Part shown: positions 11,101-18,945 of the stretch, piece by piece
Layout: each line of letters begins with the position of its first letter
Numbering within the stretch: the stretch's first letter is position 1
Sequence record: NC_049462.1
DNA: 64,000 nt
Source: Klebsiella phage Magnus
Direction: 5' to 3' (one strand)
The notes under the pieces: model-generated
Told to the model about the DNA's origin: nothing
Seen by the model: only the letters and a program-made list of their open reading frames with translations
Database searches by the model: none
Translations under genes and position numbers: made by a program

Positions 11101-13008
11101 GGTTATCGTTATCGGACCACTGTGTCTACGCGCGACGTTTCGACTTATACGTACACGGATACTACCACCACTTCACTTTCTGGTGAACAGATTGTTGAGA
11201 CGCAGGTTATTCCGTACATGCGTTCGATCGAAATCAACTTTGACGCCAGCGGCTTGCGTCCGTTTACTCGGATGTATGCCTTCTTCTCTGGTCGGGATGT
11301 GAACCTGTATTGCAAACCGAACGGTGGGGCATACGGCGCAGCGCTGACAACAGATGCCAACGGTAATTTGAAAGGTGTGTTCAAAGTTCCACAGAATAAC
11401 ACCATTAAGTTCAATACTGGCGACAACGTCTTCCGTCTTACTGATAGTCCAGTGGATAGCAAGTCTGCTGATGATACTTTGACGAATGCCGAGATTGTTC
11501 ATAAATCATTCGGTAAGAAACAAGGTATCCAGAAGACTTATGTTAACACTCGTGTTCTGGGTTACACTGTATCAACTAAATCTGAAACGACTTCGTCTGA
11601 AGCCGTTGTTGGTCAGTGGCGAGATCCTATCGCACAGTCATTCATGGTCGCAACCAGCATTGGTGGTGAATATATTGAAGGTGTGGAAGTGTTCTTCTCA
11701 ACCAAGTCTCGAGATGTGCCAGTAACTCTGGAAATCCGTGAGATGAGCAATGGCCTCCCAGCGAGCACGGTCATCACCCGGAAAACTTTGAATCCATCTG
11801 ACGTCAAAGTATCGAATGATTCATCCCTCGGGACGAAATTCACTTTCGATTATCCGGTGTATCTGCAGGCAGGCACAGAGTTTGCTATCGTTCTGCTGGC
11901 AAACACCCAGGATTACAATGCTTACATCGCAGAGATGGGCAAAAAGAACTTGCTGTCGAATGAATATATCGCCAAACAGCCTTATACTGGTGTGTTCTTC
12001 ACTTCTTCAAACGGTTCAACCTGGTCTCCAAACCAAATGGCGGATATGAAATTCCGTGTGTATCGTTGTAATTTTGCTGCCGCTGATAACGTGGTGACAT
12101 TTACCCCGAACGCCGGGCCTAAAATTCGTCCTCTGGGTCTGAACGTCCTGAACTGCGTCAATGGTTCTACTGTTGTGACTGTTTACGCTCCTGGTCATGG
12201 TCTGGTTGCGGGTAACTCCGTGACGTTGTCAGAACTGACAGGCGGCTGCGGCTTTACAGCAGAGCAACTGAATAAAGTTCACACCGTCACGGATGCGAGC
12301 TATACTTCATTCAAGATTGATGTTGGCGCAGCGGCAGACAGCGATGGACAGATTGGTGGTGAAGATGGTTCTTTCTTGGGCAATTACCTGGTGGATATGT
12401 TCTATGCCAGCGTGACCAATTCAGCTCTGGAAGGTTCTATATTGAAACTGGAATACCGTTATCGTGATTCTACTTCCAATTCTATGTCTGATTGGGCCGA
12501 GTTTGAATCTGATACTGATGTTCCTCTGCCGACAGAAGGCATTTATCGTCAGGCCGGGGACTTCCAGGTGAGAGCCACCATGACTCGCAGCGCGAGCAAT
12601 GCGTACACGGCACCAATGATTGATGGTGATGACTTAACCGTGGTTCTCAACTCGCATGGCGTAGATCCTTTCGAGGACGTTTTCCGCTATGTGACCAAGG
12701 ACGTAAGTTTTGACAACCCGTGTACAACTTTGAAAATGTACTTCGGCGCGATGTTGCCTTCTCAGTCCACCATGACTGTACAGGTCAAACTTCTGCGCCC
12801 AGGGCAAGAAATGGATTCGATCGAATGGGAAACGGTTACACCGAATTCTCCTCTGGTCAACGATGGTTCCGCATTCTTTGAATATGAATACGATAAGACC
12901 GTCGACAGCAACAGTCCATTTTCAGCCCTGAAAGTCAGAGCATTAATTCGCGGAAGCCGGATAGTCCCACCTTCCTGCAAAGATTTCCGCTTGATCGCTC
13001 TGGCATAA
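8170..13008 (+). CDS. giant virion structural protein (about 1612 aa; baseplate/tail-fiber-like, VrlC-like large protein of Vi1-like phages?)
   Basis: One uninterrupted 4.85-kb ORF with high-expression codon usage. SD 'ggag' precedes the ATG at 8170. It sits between the tailspikes and the neck genes. I do not recognise the domain content with certainty. Confidence 0.6.
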   Translation: MQQLNLNRRPYWDDWNPEKRFSRILFRPNPIKVQTRELNQLQTILQDQIEKIGNHLFKDGSMVIPGGLTITNSAVSMKFQLAGGSEFTDLEGIQELYVIGKDNNAKARVLSLERYTSEPDMMFCILEMTESGTADGFSPNDNLYFNTYDVNDNFIRIGYGVAQTVGGSIVARMTKGVYFVRGFFLDVDDDMLVVNKYANNTSHRVGFKVTEEIVTEEQDSSLFSNAQGTPNTKAPGAHRLRLDLSLQAFDYDAEVEDFVELAKIKDGKIQSMVTQSTYNILEDTMAQRTYEQAGDYNVSTHQIDLREHLKENNNGGVYTPSEGGDESKLVAVMKPGISYVRGRRIENVGEELVIIDKARDTDLLNNTPVAVATGNFLTTKNSKGVPVISRSIRYKLLNASGVTQATALCISVDRTGTEFRLYMRDLVVTGDMSTVTKVAYEESGTTMFSAALETNQFSQSSSMDLIFELPVFGVKTLAPTGTIDINYTVLRSYKITLDASGNGSISAPLGYSFSPEFSLYSGAKSDGTAAQIDISSSLSLTGTPVGSALQISLGSGNALQSINLLALMVRTTAIIKTKTVTTATETVTFTNQASIQLANHDGYKLTSVKNANGADVTSNFTLDGGQRDAAYYKSSLISATGAISGAYTVEYTYFAHSTGDFFTADSYTSIDYKSIPSYTSSTSGTVYGLADSIDFRPKITNGASDTDMVRPNTAIIMDVEYYLPRIDAVYLADNGVFNVARGISSNNLAAPAIPANAMRLYELLIPPYTPDIDDIQIRTIDNRRYTMRDIGKLDTRISNVEYYTTLSQLESSAMTQQVFDPVTGNPRYKNGIAADPFKDFRLIDDLSPDWMGSVDTDNGRLRPFVQQNAIDLVPDGWNKVMDGMVVCQYTPEISVNQEYATTTINVNPYAVFNWTGFLKLNPTTDYWFENYYVAPRVINETINTRGAVQEGTVYGTWRTVSVSERVWEPHGAGGVWWGYRYRTTVSTRDVSTYTYTDTTTTSLSGEQIVETQVIPYMRSIEINFDASGLRPFTRMYAFFSGRDVNLYCKPNGGAYGAALTTDANGNLKGVFKVPQNNTIKFNTGDNVFRLTDSPVDSKSADDTLTNAEIVHKSFGKKQGIQKTYVNTRVLGYTVSTKSETTSSEAVVGQWRDPIAQSFMVATSIGGEYIEGVEVFFSTKSRDVPVTLEIREMSNGLPASTVITRKTLNPSDVKVSNDSSLGTKFTFDYPVYLQAGTEFAIVLLANTQDYNAYIAEMGKKNLLSNEYIAKQPYTGVFFTSSNGSTWSPNQMADMKFRVYRCNFAAADNVVTFTPNAGPKIRPLGLNVLNCVNGSTVVTVYAPGHGLVAGNSVTLSELTGGCGFTAEQLNKVHTVTDASYTSFKIDVGAAADSDGQIGGEDGSFLGNYLVDMFYASVTNSALEGSILKLEYRYRDSTSNSMSDWAEFESDTDVPLPTEGIYRQAGDFQVRATMTRSASNAYTAPMIDGDDLTVVLNSHGVDPFEDVFRYVTKDVSFDNPCTTLKMYFGAMLPSQSTMTVQVKLLRPGQEMDSIEWETVTPNSPLVNDGSAFFEYEYDKTVDSNSPFSALKVRALIRGSRIVPPSCKDFRLIALA

Positions 13009-13020
13009 ATAAAATTGAAA

Positions 13021-13040
13021 TGGCGGGGATTCCCCCGCCC
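13021..13040 (+). terminator. GC hairpin (ggcgggg-att-ccccgcc) after the giant gene; weak U-tract
   Basis: Perfect 7-bp stem. The downstream sequence is only moderately T-rich. Confidence 0.35.
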
Positions 13041-13058
13041 TCTTGAGAGGATATGTGT

Positions 13059-13307
13059 ATGCGTGGAATGAAAGTACAGGGGCACGCATCAATGGTACGC
13101 AGTAGCTCTTGCCCCGGAGCAATCATCTGCACTGACCATGTTGCTGGAATGGCGGCGCTTCGGTCTCGCCAAGATACTGAACAAAGAGAGGCTAAGATTG
13201 CTCAGCAATCAGCCCAAATTGATCAGCTTGAAGCAACCGTTAAAATGTTGGCAGAAAAACTCGGGATTACAATCCCGGACGGGGGCGAAAATGACAACGC
13301 AGAATAA
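13059..13307 (+). CDS. small coiled-coil protein (82 aa)
   Basis: SD 'gagagga'. Coiled-coil segment 'AKIAQQSAQIDQLEATVKMLAEKLG'. Confidence 0.3.
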   Translation: MRGMKVQGHASMVRSSSCPGAIICTDHVAGMAALRSRQDTEQREAKIAQQSAQIDQLEATVKMLAEKLGITIPDGGENDNAE

Positions 13308-13629
13308 CAGCTTGTTTAATGTTAAGGAAATCTTGACTGCTGCCGTTGCATCGTTGTTAGTCTCTTCTGCGACATTCGTATGGTTTATGGGTGGATTAGA
13401 AAACCGTGTGAATGTTCTGGAAAAAGACTCTGGGAAAGTTGACCAGATTTTGGTTAAGGTTAATGATCTCAGTGAAAGGATGGCCGTCATGAACAACGAT
13501 ATATCCTACGTTAAACAAAACGTGTCAGAATTGAAATTAAACAGCAGCAGCCTTTCTGACGACGTTAGAACATTGCGCCTGACTGTTTCAGATATACAGC
13601 GCAAGGAGGGTGTCAATGGCCGTCAATAA
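13291..13629 (+). CDS. membrane-anchored coiled-coil protein (112 aa; N-terminal TM helix then heptad repeats)
   Basis: ATG at 13291 with SD 'gggggcg'. TM segment 'ILTAAVASLLVSSATFVWFMGGL' followed by coiled coil. Confidence 0.4.
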   Translation: MTTQNNSLFNVKEILTAAVASLLVSSATFVWFMGGLENRVNVLEKDSGKVDQILVKVNDLSERMAVMNNDISYVKQNVSELKLNSSSLSDDVRTLRLTVSDIQRKEGVNGRQ

Positions 13630-14368
13630 GATTCGGGACAAAGATTCATTTATGAATTATGTCCTTCGCAAATTGGGTGCGCCTGTCATCCAGATCAACC
13701 TCGACAAAACACAAGTTGAAGACGCGGTTGATGATGCTTTACAGAAGTTTTGGGAGTACCATCGCGACGGTAGCCAAGATGCATTCTTCCTTTACCAGGT
13801 GAAGCAGGAAGACATCGATAAAGGATATATCACCTTTCCAGAAGATATCGATGACGTTGTCGAAGTTATCCAAGGGCCACCAATTGAATCTATCGGTAAC
13901 TGGGCAACCCCCCAGTGGCAGATGGCTCAGGCGATGTTAGTGCCCAAAGCTGCTTTGGTATCTATCCGTCTTATCGATTATGTTGCTATGCAGCAGCGCC
14001 TTTCCGATATCACCAGCGTCCTCAATGTCCGCAGGGCATTCGTCTACAAGAAATTCCAGCGCCGTCTGTATCCTCAATTCTCAGCTGTTATCGATGAAGT
14101 CCTGGCGTTCAAGTGCTACCAGAACATCGACCCAACAGCGGAAGAGAACACAGAAGCGTGGAATGATATGTGGCTGAAGGCTTATGCGACCGCATTGGTA
14201 AAACGCCGTTGGGCGGAAGTGCTCAAAAAAGCCCGAGGCATCCGTCTCCCTGGCGGGATAGAACTGGATGGTGATAGTATGTTCAGCGAGGCCGAGGCAG
14301 AGATCGAGCGTCTGGAGGAAGAACTGCGTACTGGTCAGCAGTACCCGATCGACTTCTTTATGGGATAA
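13616..14368 (+). CDS. 13: neck protein gp13
   Basis: Matches T4 gp13 by eye: 'VLRKLGAPVIQINL' vs 'ILRRLGAPIINVEL', and the C-terminal 'ATALVKRRWAEVLKKARGIRLPGGIELDG' vs '[29 protein letters not shown]'. SD AGGAGG lies 7 nt upstream. Confidence 0.75.
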   Translation: MAVNKIRDKDSFMNYVLRKLGAPVIQINLDKTQVEDAVDDALQKFWEYHRDGSQDAFFLYQVKQEDIDKGYITFPEDIDDVVEVIQGPPIESIGNWATPQWQMAQAMLVPKAALVSIRLIDYVAMQQRLSDITSVLNVRRAFVYKKFQRRLYPQFSAVIDEVLAFKCYQNIDPTAEENTEAWNDMWLKAYATALVKRRWAEVLKKARGIRLPGGIELDGDSMFSEAEAEIERLEEELRTGQQYPIDFFMG

Positions 14369-14373
14369 CAAAA

Positions 14374-14398
14374 AGCCGGGGTTTCCCGGCTTTATTTT
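14374..14398. terminator. bidirectional terminator hairpin (agccggg-gttt-cccggct flanked by A-run and T-run)
   Basis: Symmetric GC stem with 'aaaa' 5' and 'tttatttt' 3'. It lies between convergent genes. Confidence 0.5.
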
Positions 14399-14609
14399 AG
14401 AGTTTGATATCCCGAGGCCCAGGGAGCGAAGTCGCCTGAATATACCCATCATGGACGTTATTACTGTCCCACCATTCAATGAAATCATTCCCGTCAGATT
14501 GTTTTACCAAACCGACGATATCATAATCACCACCTGAGATTTTAGCATCCACACAGATGATTCTTACTCGACTTCCATCACGAGTTTCCTTGATGTCTTC
14601 AACCTGCAT
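14397..14609 (-). CDS. small reverse-strand protein (70 aa) inserted between neck genes 13 and 14
   Basis: Minus-strand ORF with a good SD (gagga, 9 nt upstream). It ends at the bidirectional terminator. Confidence 0.4.
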   Translation of the reverse strand: MQVEDIKETRDGSRVRIICVDAKISGGDYDIVGLVKQSDGNDFIEWWDSNNVHDGYIQATSLPGPRDIKL

Positions 14610-14640
14610 TCGTCAATTCCTCAATAGAATTAAACATCGA

Positions 14641-14647
14641 CTAAATA
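14641..14647 (+). promoter_or_regulatory. late promoter core CTAAATA upstream of gp14
   Basis: 'cgaCTAAATAcc' lies 24 nt before the ATG at 14671. Confidence 0.45.
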
Positions 14648-14670
14648 CCTTCAAAATTGAGGGTATAGTC

Positions 14671-15312
14671 ATGGCCACTTCAAAATATTTCAACTACACG
14701 AACCACCAAGGCACGCAGAAGTTAATTGATGACCTCGTGGTGGAGATGATACAATTACGTGGGATCGACGTCAAGTATATTCCACGCGCCATTTATGAAA
14801 AATACCCAATTTTAAACGAGGCAGAACACCGTTTCGACCAGGCGTTTGATATTGAGGTCTATATGCAGGATTATCAGGGCTTCAACACCCAAATGTGGGA
14901 GAAGTTCGGCGGTATCCAGCTACAAGATGAGGTGACATTTACTATCGCCCGTCGCCGCTTTGCGGAAGTTATTGGCAACGGGCCAGGACTGGATCAACAA
15001 CCTCAGGAAGGGGATCTTATTTATCTTCCGATGGCGAATAAAATATTCAAGGTCAACAACCCGAATAATGACGAAGACTTCATGCAATTCGGTAAATGGT
15101 ACACATATTCATTACCATGTACCTTGTTCCAGTATGGCAACGAAGACTTCGATACTGGTGTCCCTGAAATTGATGATATTGATAAACGTCTTCAAGATCT
15201 TGAAGGTGATGGCATTTATCAGGATGCCACCCTACAGACAGACAACCAGTTTGCTGATGAGATAGAAGAAGATCTGTCTACCAATAATGTCAAAATAGAC
15301 TTTGGAGAATAA
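14671..15312 (+). CDS. 14: neck protein gp14
   Basis: Position directly after gp13. The internal Met 'MATSKYF' has SD 'gagggtatag'. Size (213 aa) is close to T4 gp14. Confidence 0.55.
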   Translation: MATSKYFNYTNHQGTQKLIDDLVVEMIQLRGIDVKYIPRAIYEKYPILNEAEHRFDQAFDIEVYMQDYQGFNTQMWEKFGGIQLQDEVTFTIARRRFAEVIGNGPGLDQQPQEGDLIYLPMANKIFKVNNPNNDEDFMQFGKWYTYSLPCTLFQYGNEDFDTGVPEIDDIDKRLQDLEGDGIYQDATLQTDNQFADEIEEDLSTNNVKIDFGE

Positions 15313-15314
15313 CC

Positions 15315-16013
15315 ATGAGACCTTTTCAGAATTATTTTTACCATGGTTCACTCCTGAAATATATCCATGTGTTCAACGCTATTATGTCTGACGTTCAGGT
15401 GAAAACCGAGCGCGGTCTTATGAAAGTCCCGTTACACATGGCTATTGGTCGTCGTAATGATCTGAACCGAAATACCCCGGCGAATGCATTACCATTTGCA
15501 ACTATGTCTTTCGGTCAATTTGAAATCAATAAGCAGGTAACAAATTCGTATCACAACAAATTGGCGACTAAAACTGCGACGTCTAAGCAACGAATTCCAA
15601 TCATCATCGACTTTGAATACAATGTGCGTACAAAGAAGATGAATGAAATGCTTCAGATCCTCGAACAGATTTATTCTGTTTACACCCCTTCAATAGATTG
15701 CCAGATAAAGGACAACGAAACGCTCAAGCAGGATCAGGTTGTGAAGATCCAATTGGTGAGCCATACGATGTCAGATAACTGGGAAGGGGATGCAGCTGAA
15801 TCTCCTCATGTCGATTGTAATTTCATGTTTCAGCTTCATGGTGCTATCTATGGCTGGGATTATTGGGTTGATGACGGTTCCGGTACTGGTGATCCAAACG
15901 TTATCAAGGAAATAATTATCGAAATGTCTACTGATTTGAATACACCGTGGACGGAATTGCCTCTTTGGTTTACTGTTGACAAAGACGGCGTCCACCATCC
16001 AGAGGATGATTGA
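15315..16013 (+). CDS. 15: tail sheath stabiliser / tail completion protein gp15
   Basis: 'FQNYFYHGSLLKYIHVFNAIMSDVQVKTE' vs T4 gp15 'FGYFYNSSFRRYATLMGDLFSNIQIKRQ'. Gene order is 13-14-15. Confidence 0.65.
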   Translation: MRPFQNYFYHGSLLKYIHVFNAIMSDVQVKTERGLMKVPLHMAIGRRNDLNRNTPANALPFATMSFGQFEINKQVTNSYHNKLATKTATSKQRIPIIIDFEYNVRTKKMNEMLQILEQIYSVYTPSIDCQIKDNETLKQDQVVKIQLVSHTMSDNWEGDAAESPHVDCNFMFQLHGAIYGWDYWVDDGSGTGDPNVIKEIIIEMSTDLNTPWTELPLWFTVDKDGVHHPEDD

Positions 16014-16015
16014 TT

Positions 16016-16702
16016 ATGTCTAATATGTCGGAACGTTTGTTACAGACCTTAGATGCTGTCTCAGCACGAGATGAGGTTGCTCAAGATGCGATGAAGAAAA
16101 CCGCATTGAAGCCCGGTGTTGATTATGATGAAGAAACGGGGGAGTGGTTAGGTGATCCCCCGGAAGGGTATCAAGGATTCGAGATGCCGCCATCATTGTC
16201 TGAAGTCGCGTCAAAAGAATCAAAAGTTCCTGAATACGAGGACACTGATGCCACGACTGACTACAAACGTATTCGTGACACCACATATGCTATGCAAGAA
16301 GCTACGATGTTCATGATGGGCAAGGCCGCTGAACTCGCCGCTTCTACAGAGGCTCCTCGTGCATTCAGCGTCTTCCGCGAGCTGGGTGAACTCATGCGTG
16401 GTCTCAATAAAGACCTGATGGAAAACCAGAAAACCATCAAGGATGTTACTCGCGACAAAGAGCCGCCGGGACAGACCACCGTTGAGGTTTCTGAAGATGA
16501 AAATGGAACGACTACAGTCAAAGTCGGCAAGACTGCTCGGTCGTCAAGAGATCTTCTTCAGATGATTGAGAAAGTTCGGCGTGACGCTGAGGCCAATCGA
16601 AATTCCCGTGTTAATCCTGACGAAGAAGTAATCGACGTTGCGGAAGAACCAAAACCGGAAGAGAAGTCAGAGGGTGAGGACAATGGCGAATCCGAAGCGT
16701 GA
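16016..16702 (+). CDS. putative terminase small subunit (gp16 position), acidic C-terminus
   Basis: Lies between gp15 and the large terminase, as T4 gene 16 does. No motif-level proof. Confidence 0.45.
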   Translation: MSNMSERLLQTLDAVSARDEVAQDAMKKTALKPGVDYDEETGEWLGDPPEGYQGFEMPPSLSEVASKESKVPEYEDTDATTDYKRIRDTTYAMQEATMFMMGKAAELAASTEAPRAFSVFRELGELMRGLNKDLMENQKTIKDVTRDKEPPGQTTVEVSEDENGTTTVKVGKTARSSRDLLQMIEKVRRDAEANRNSRVNPDEEVIDVAEEPKPEEKSEGEDNGESEA

Positions 16703-18893
16703 AGTCGAATATGCCCCGGTCAAGACGGGGTTTAAAATTGAAGACGTCAAATTGCGTATGGACCAAACGTTCATGCGCAAACCGACTGTGCGTGCTCCTC
16801 GTGTTGAATTAGTCCTTACTGATGAGCAGGAAGAAGAATATGTCAAGTGTGCTATGGACGCGCACTACTTCGCGGCGAATTATTACAAGATCACCACGAT
16901 TGACCATGGTTTCATCTTATTTGACATGCACGATTATCAGAAGCAGTTGTTCCATGATTTCCAGGATCATCGATTCAATGCTGTTGTGCAGGCTCGTCAG
17001 TCTGGTAAATGTGTTCGGGGCGACTCTGAAGTTTATGTTTACGATACTCTCAGCCAGGAAGAGTTCTCTATCACCATAGAGGAGCTTCACAGCCGCTTCG
17101 AAGACGTTAACCATGCAGAGCCGTTGAATACCATTGGCAAACACAATAAATTCGTAGATAGCCGCTTCGGCAAACGATACTTTGTACAGTCCGATAGTGG
17201 TTGGGTTCCGGTAATTGCTGCACACAAGACAAAAGAATACGCCGAGTATGTGGTCAAGACTGAAAGTGGCCGGACGATTCATGTCGCAGACGAACATCTA
17301 TTCTTTAATGAATATAATCGTGAGGTGTTCGCCAAAGATCTGGAAGCCGGGGATGCCATCATGACCCAGGATGGCCTTGAATGTATTTCTGAAATTTGGG
17401 AAACCGGTGAATCCCATCACATGTTTGACCTCCAGGTGAAATCATCTGAGCAGCGTTATTACACCAATGGGTTCCTGAGCCATAATACGACAGTGGTGGC
17501 GGCATTCCTTCTCTGGTATGCGATGTTCAACTCTGACAAAGAGATTGCGGTTCTGGCGAACAAAGAGAAACAGGCAATTGAAATCCTGGATCGTATTCGT
17601 AAAGCATACCAGGATATGCCATTCTTCGTTCAGCAAGGTTGTGAGAAGTTCGGTTCGACTCTGATTGAATTCGAGAACGGTTCGAAGATATTCGCATACG
17701 CGACTTCTTCGGACTCCATCCGTGGTCGTTCTGTATCTCTACTGTATGTTGACGAAGTCGCGTTCATTGAAAACGACTTTGAATTTTGGGAATCAACTTT
17801 CCCGGCGATCGCCCAGGCAGAGACTTCGAAGTGTATCCTCACCAGTACTCCCAAAGGTCAGCGCGGGCTGTTTTACGACATCGTCACGAAGGCGAACCCA
17901 GAACATCCTCAATACAACGACTTCAATCTTACGGAAGTTCCTTGGTACAGGGTTCCGGCGTACACCAAAGACCCGAATTGGGAATCCAAACAACGTGCCA
18001 AACTTGGCGACGCTCGTTTCGATCAGGAATTCGGTATCAAGTTCCGTGGTTCTGTCGGTTCATTAATACCGTCGAAATGTCTAGACAAGATGACATCCAA
18101 GTTGTATCAGGAGCCGAATGAGTTCACCAAAATCTACAAACCCTTTGACAAAACCAGAACATATTTTGGTATTGCGGATACAGGCAAAGGGGTTGAGGGG
18201 GACTACTCTGTGCTGACCATATTGGACATCACGGAATATCCTCATACGATTGCAGCCAAATATCGGAACAACACGATACCGCCAATGATGTATGCATACA
18301 CGATTGCCGATATGTGTACTCAATACGGTGAATGCCCTGTGCTTGTAGAGACTAACAATGATGTTGGTGGTCAGGTGATCACAATCCTGTATCAAGAAAT
18401 TGAATATCCGGAAATCGTGTTTACATCAACGGACAATAAAGGTACTGGTAAGAAGATCGGCGGGCGTCGTCCTGAACCAGGGATCAACACCAACAAGAAA
18501 GTTCGCTCTATCGGTTGTGCTAACCTGAAAGCACTTATCGAAAGAGAGATGTTGGTAATCGAAGACCAGGATACAATTGATGAACTCAGTACGTTCGTGT
18601 TTACTGGAACCCGCTATGAGGCCGATCAGGGTTGTCACGACGACTGCGTTATGCCACTTGTTCTCTATTCATGGGCTGTAAAACAGGAATGGTTCAGTGA
18701 CCTGACTGATACCAGCATTTCGCGAGATATGCGCGGACGTATGAATGCGATGGAGCAACACCAAGTCCTCCCGTTTGGGGGCAAATTTACTGGTGATACC
18801 CCTCATGAAGTCCAGCATATGCCGGGCTTCGGGGGTGTGAATGTATTTGATGAACGTTCTGGGATGTCAATGGAAGAGTGGTTCAAGAACTGA
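16683..18893 (+). CDS. 17: terminase large subunit gp17 (ATPase/nuclease), interrupted by a mini-intein
   Basis: Both exteins align with T4 gp17. 'AHYFAANYYKITTIDHGFILFDMHDYQKQL' and 'TTVVAAFLLWYAMFNSDKEIAVLANK...LLYVDEVAFI' correspond to T4 'VYFAETYCAITHIDYG...' and '[26 protein letters not shown]...IYIDECAFI'. Start taken at MANPK (16683); the ORF track opens at 16638. Confidence 0.85.
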   Translation: MANPKREVEYAPVKTGFKIEDVKLRMDQTFMRKPTVRAPRVELVLTDEQEEEYVKCAMDAHYFAANYYKITTIDHGFILFDMHDYQKQLFHDFQDHRFNAVVQARQSGKCVRGDSEVYVYDTLSQEEFSITIEELHSRFEDVNHAEPLNTIGKHNKFVDSRFGKRYFVQSDSGWVPVIAAHKTKEYAEYVVKTESGRTIHVADEHLFFNEYNREVFAKDLEAGDAIMTQDGLECISEIWETGESHHMFDLQVKSSEQRYYTNGFLSHNTTVVAAFLLWYAMFNSDKEIAVLANKEKQAIEILDRIRKAYQDMPFFVQQGCEKFGSTLIEFENGSKIFAYATSSDSIRGRSVSLLYVDEVAFIENDFEFWESTFPAIAQAETSKCILTSTPKGQRGLFYDIVTKANPEHPQYNDFNLTEVPWYRVPAYTKDPNWESKQRAKLGDARFDQEFGIKFRGSVGSLIPSKCLDKMTSKLYQEPNEFTKIYKPFDKTRTYFGIADTGKGVEGDYSVLTILDITEYPHTIAAKYRNNTIPPMMYAYTIADMCTQYGECPVLVETNNDVGGQVITILYQEIEYPEIVFTSTDNKGTGKKIGGRRPEPGINTNKKVRSIGCANLKALIEREMLVIEDQDTIDELSTFVFTGTRYEADQGCHDDCVMPLVLYSWAVKQEWFSDLTDTSISRDMRGRMNAMEQHQVLPFGGKFTGDTPHEVQHMPGFGGVNVFDERSGMSMEEWFKN
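17010..17486 (+). other. mini-intein (159 aa, Hint domain only, no homing-endonuclease domain) in the TerL P-loop between Lys and Thr of GK|T
   Basis: The sequence 'QSGK|CVRGDSEVYV...TIHVADEH...HMFDLQVKSS...YTNGFLSHN|TTVVAAF' has N-terminal Cys1, a block-B TxxH-like motif, a C-terminal HN and Thr at +1. Removing residues 125-283 restores 'RQSGKTTVVA', which matches T4 '[10 protein letters not shown]'. Confidence 0.75.
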
Positions 18894-18896
18894 TCA

Positions 18897-18903
18897 CTAA
18901 ATA
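18897..18903 (+). promoter_or_regulatory. late promoter core CTAAATA upstream of gp18
   Basis: 'tgatcaCTAAATAtc' lies about 45 nt upstream of ATG 18946. Confidence 0.45.
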
Positions 18904-18945
18904 TCTTTCAAATTGAGCGAAACTCTACCGAGAAGGAATAATGTT

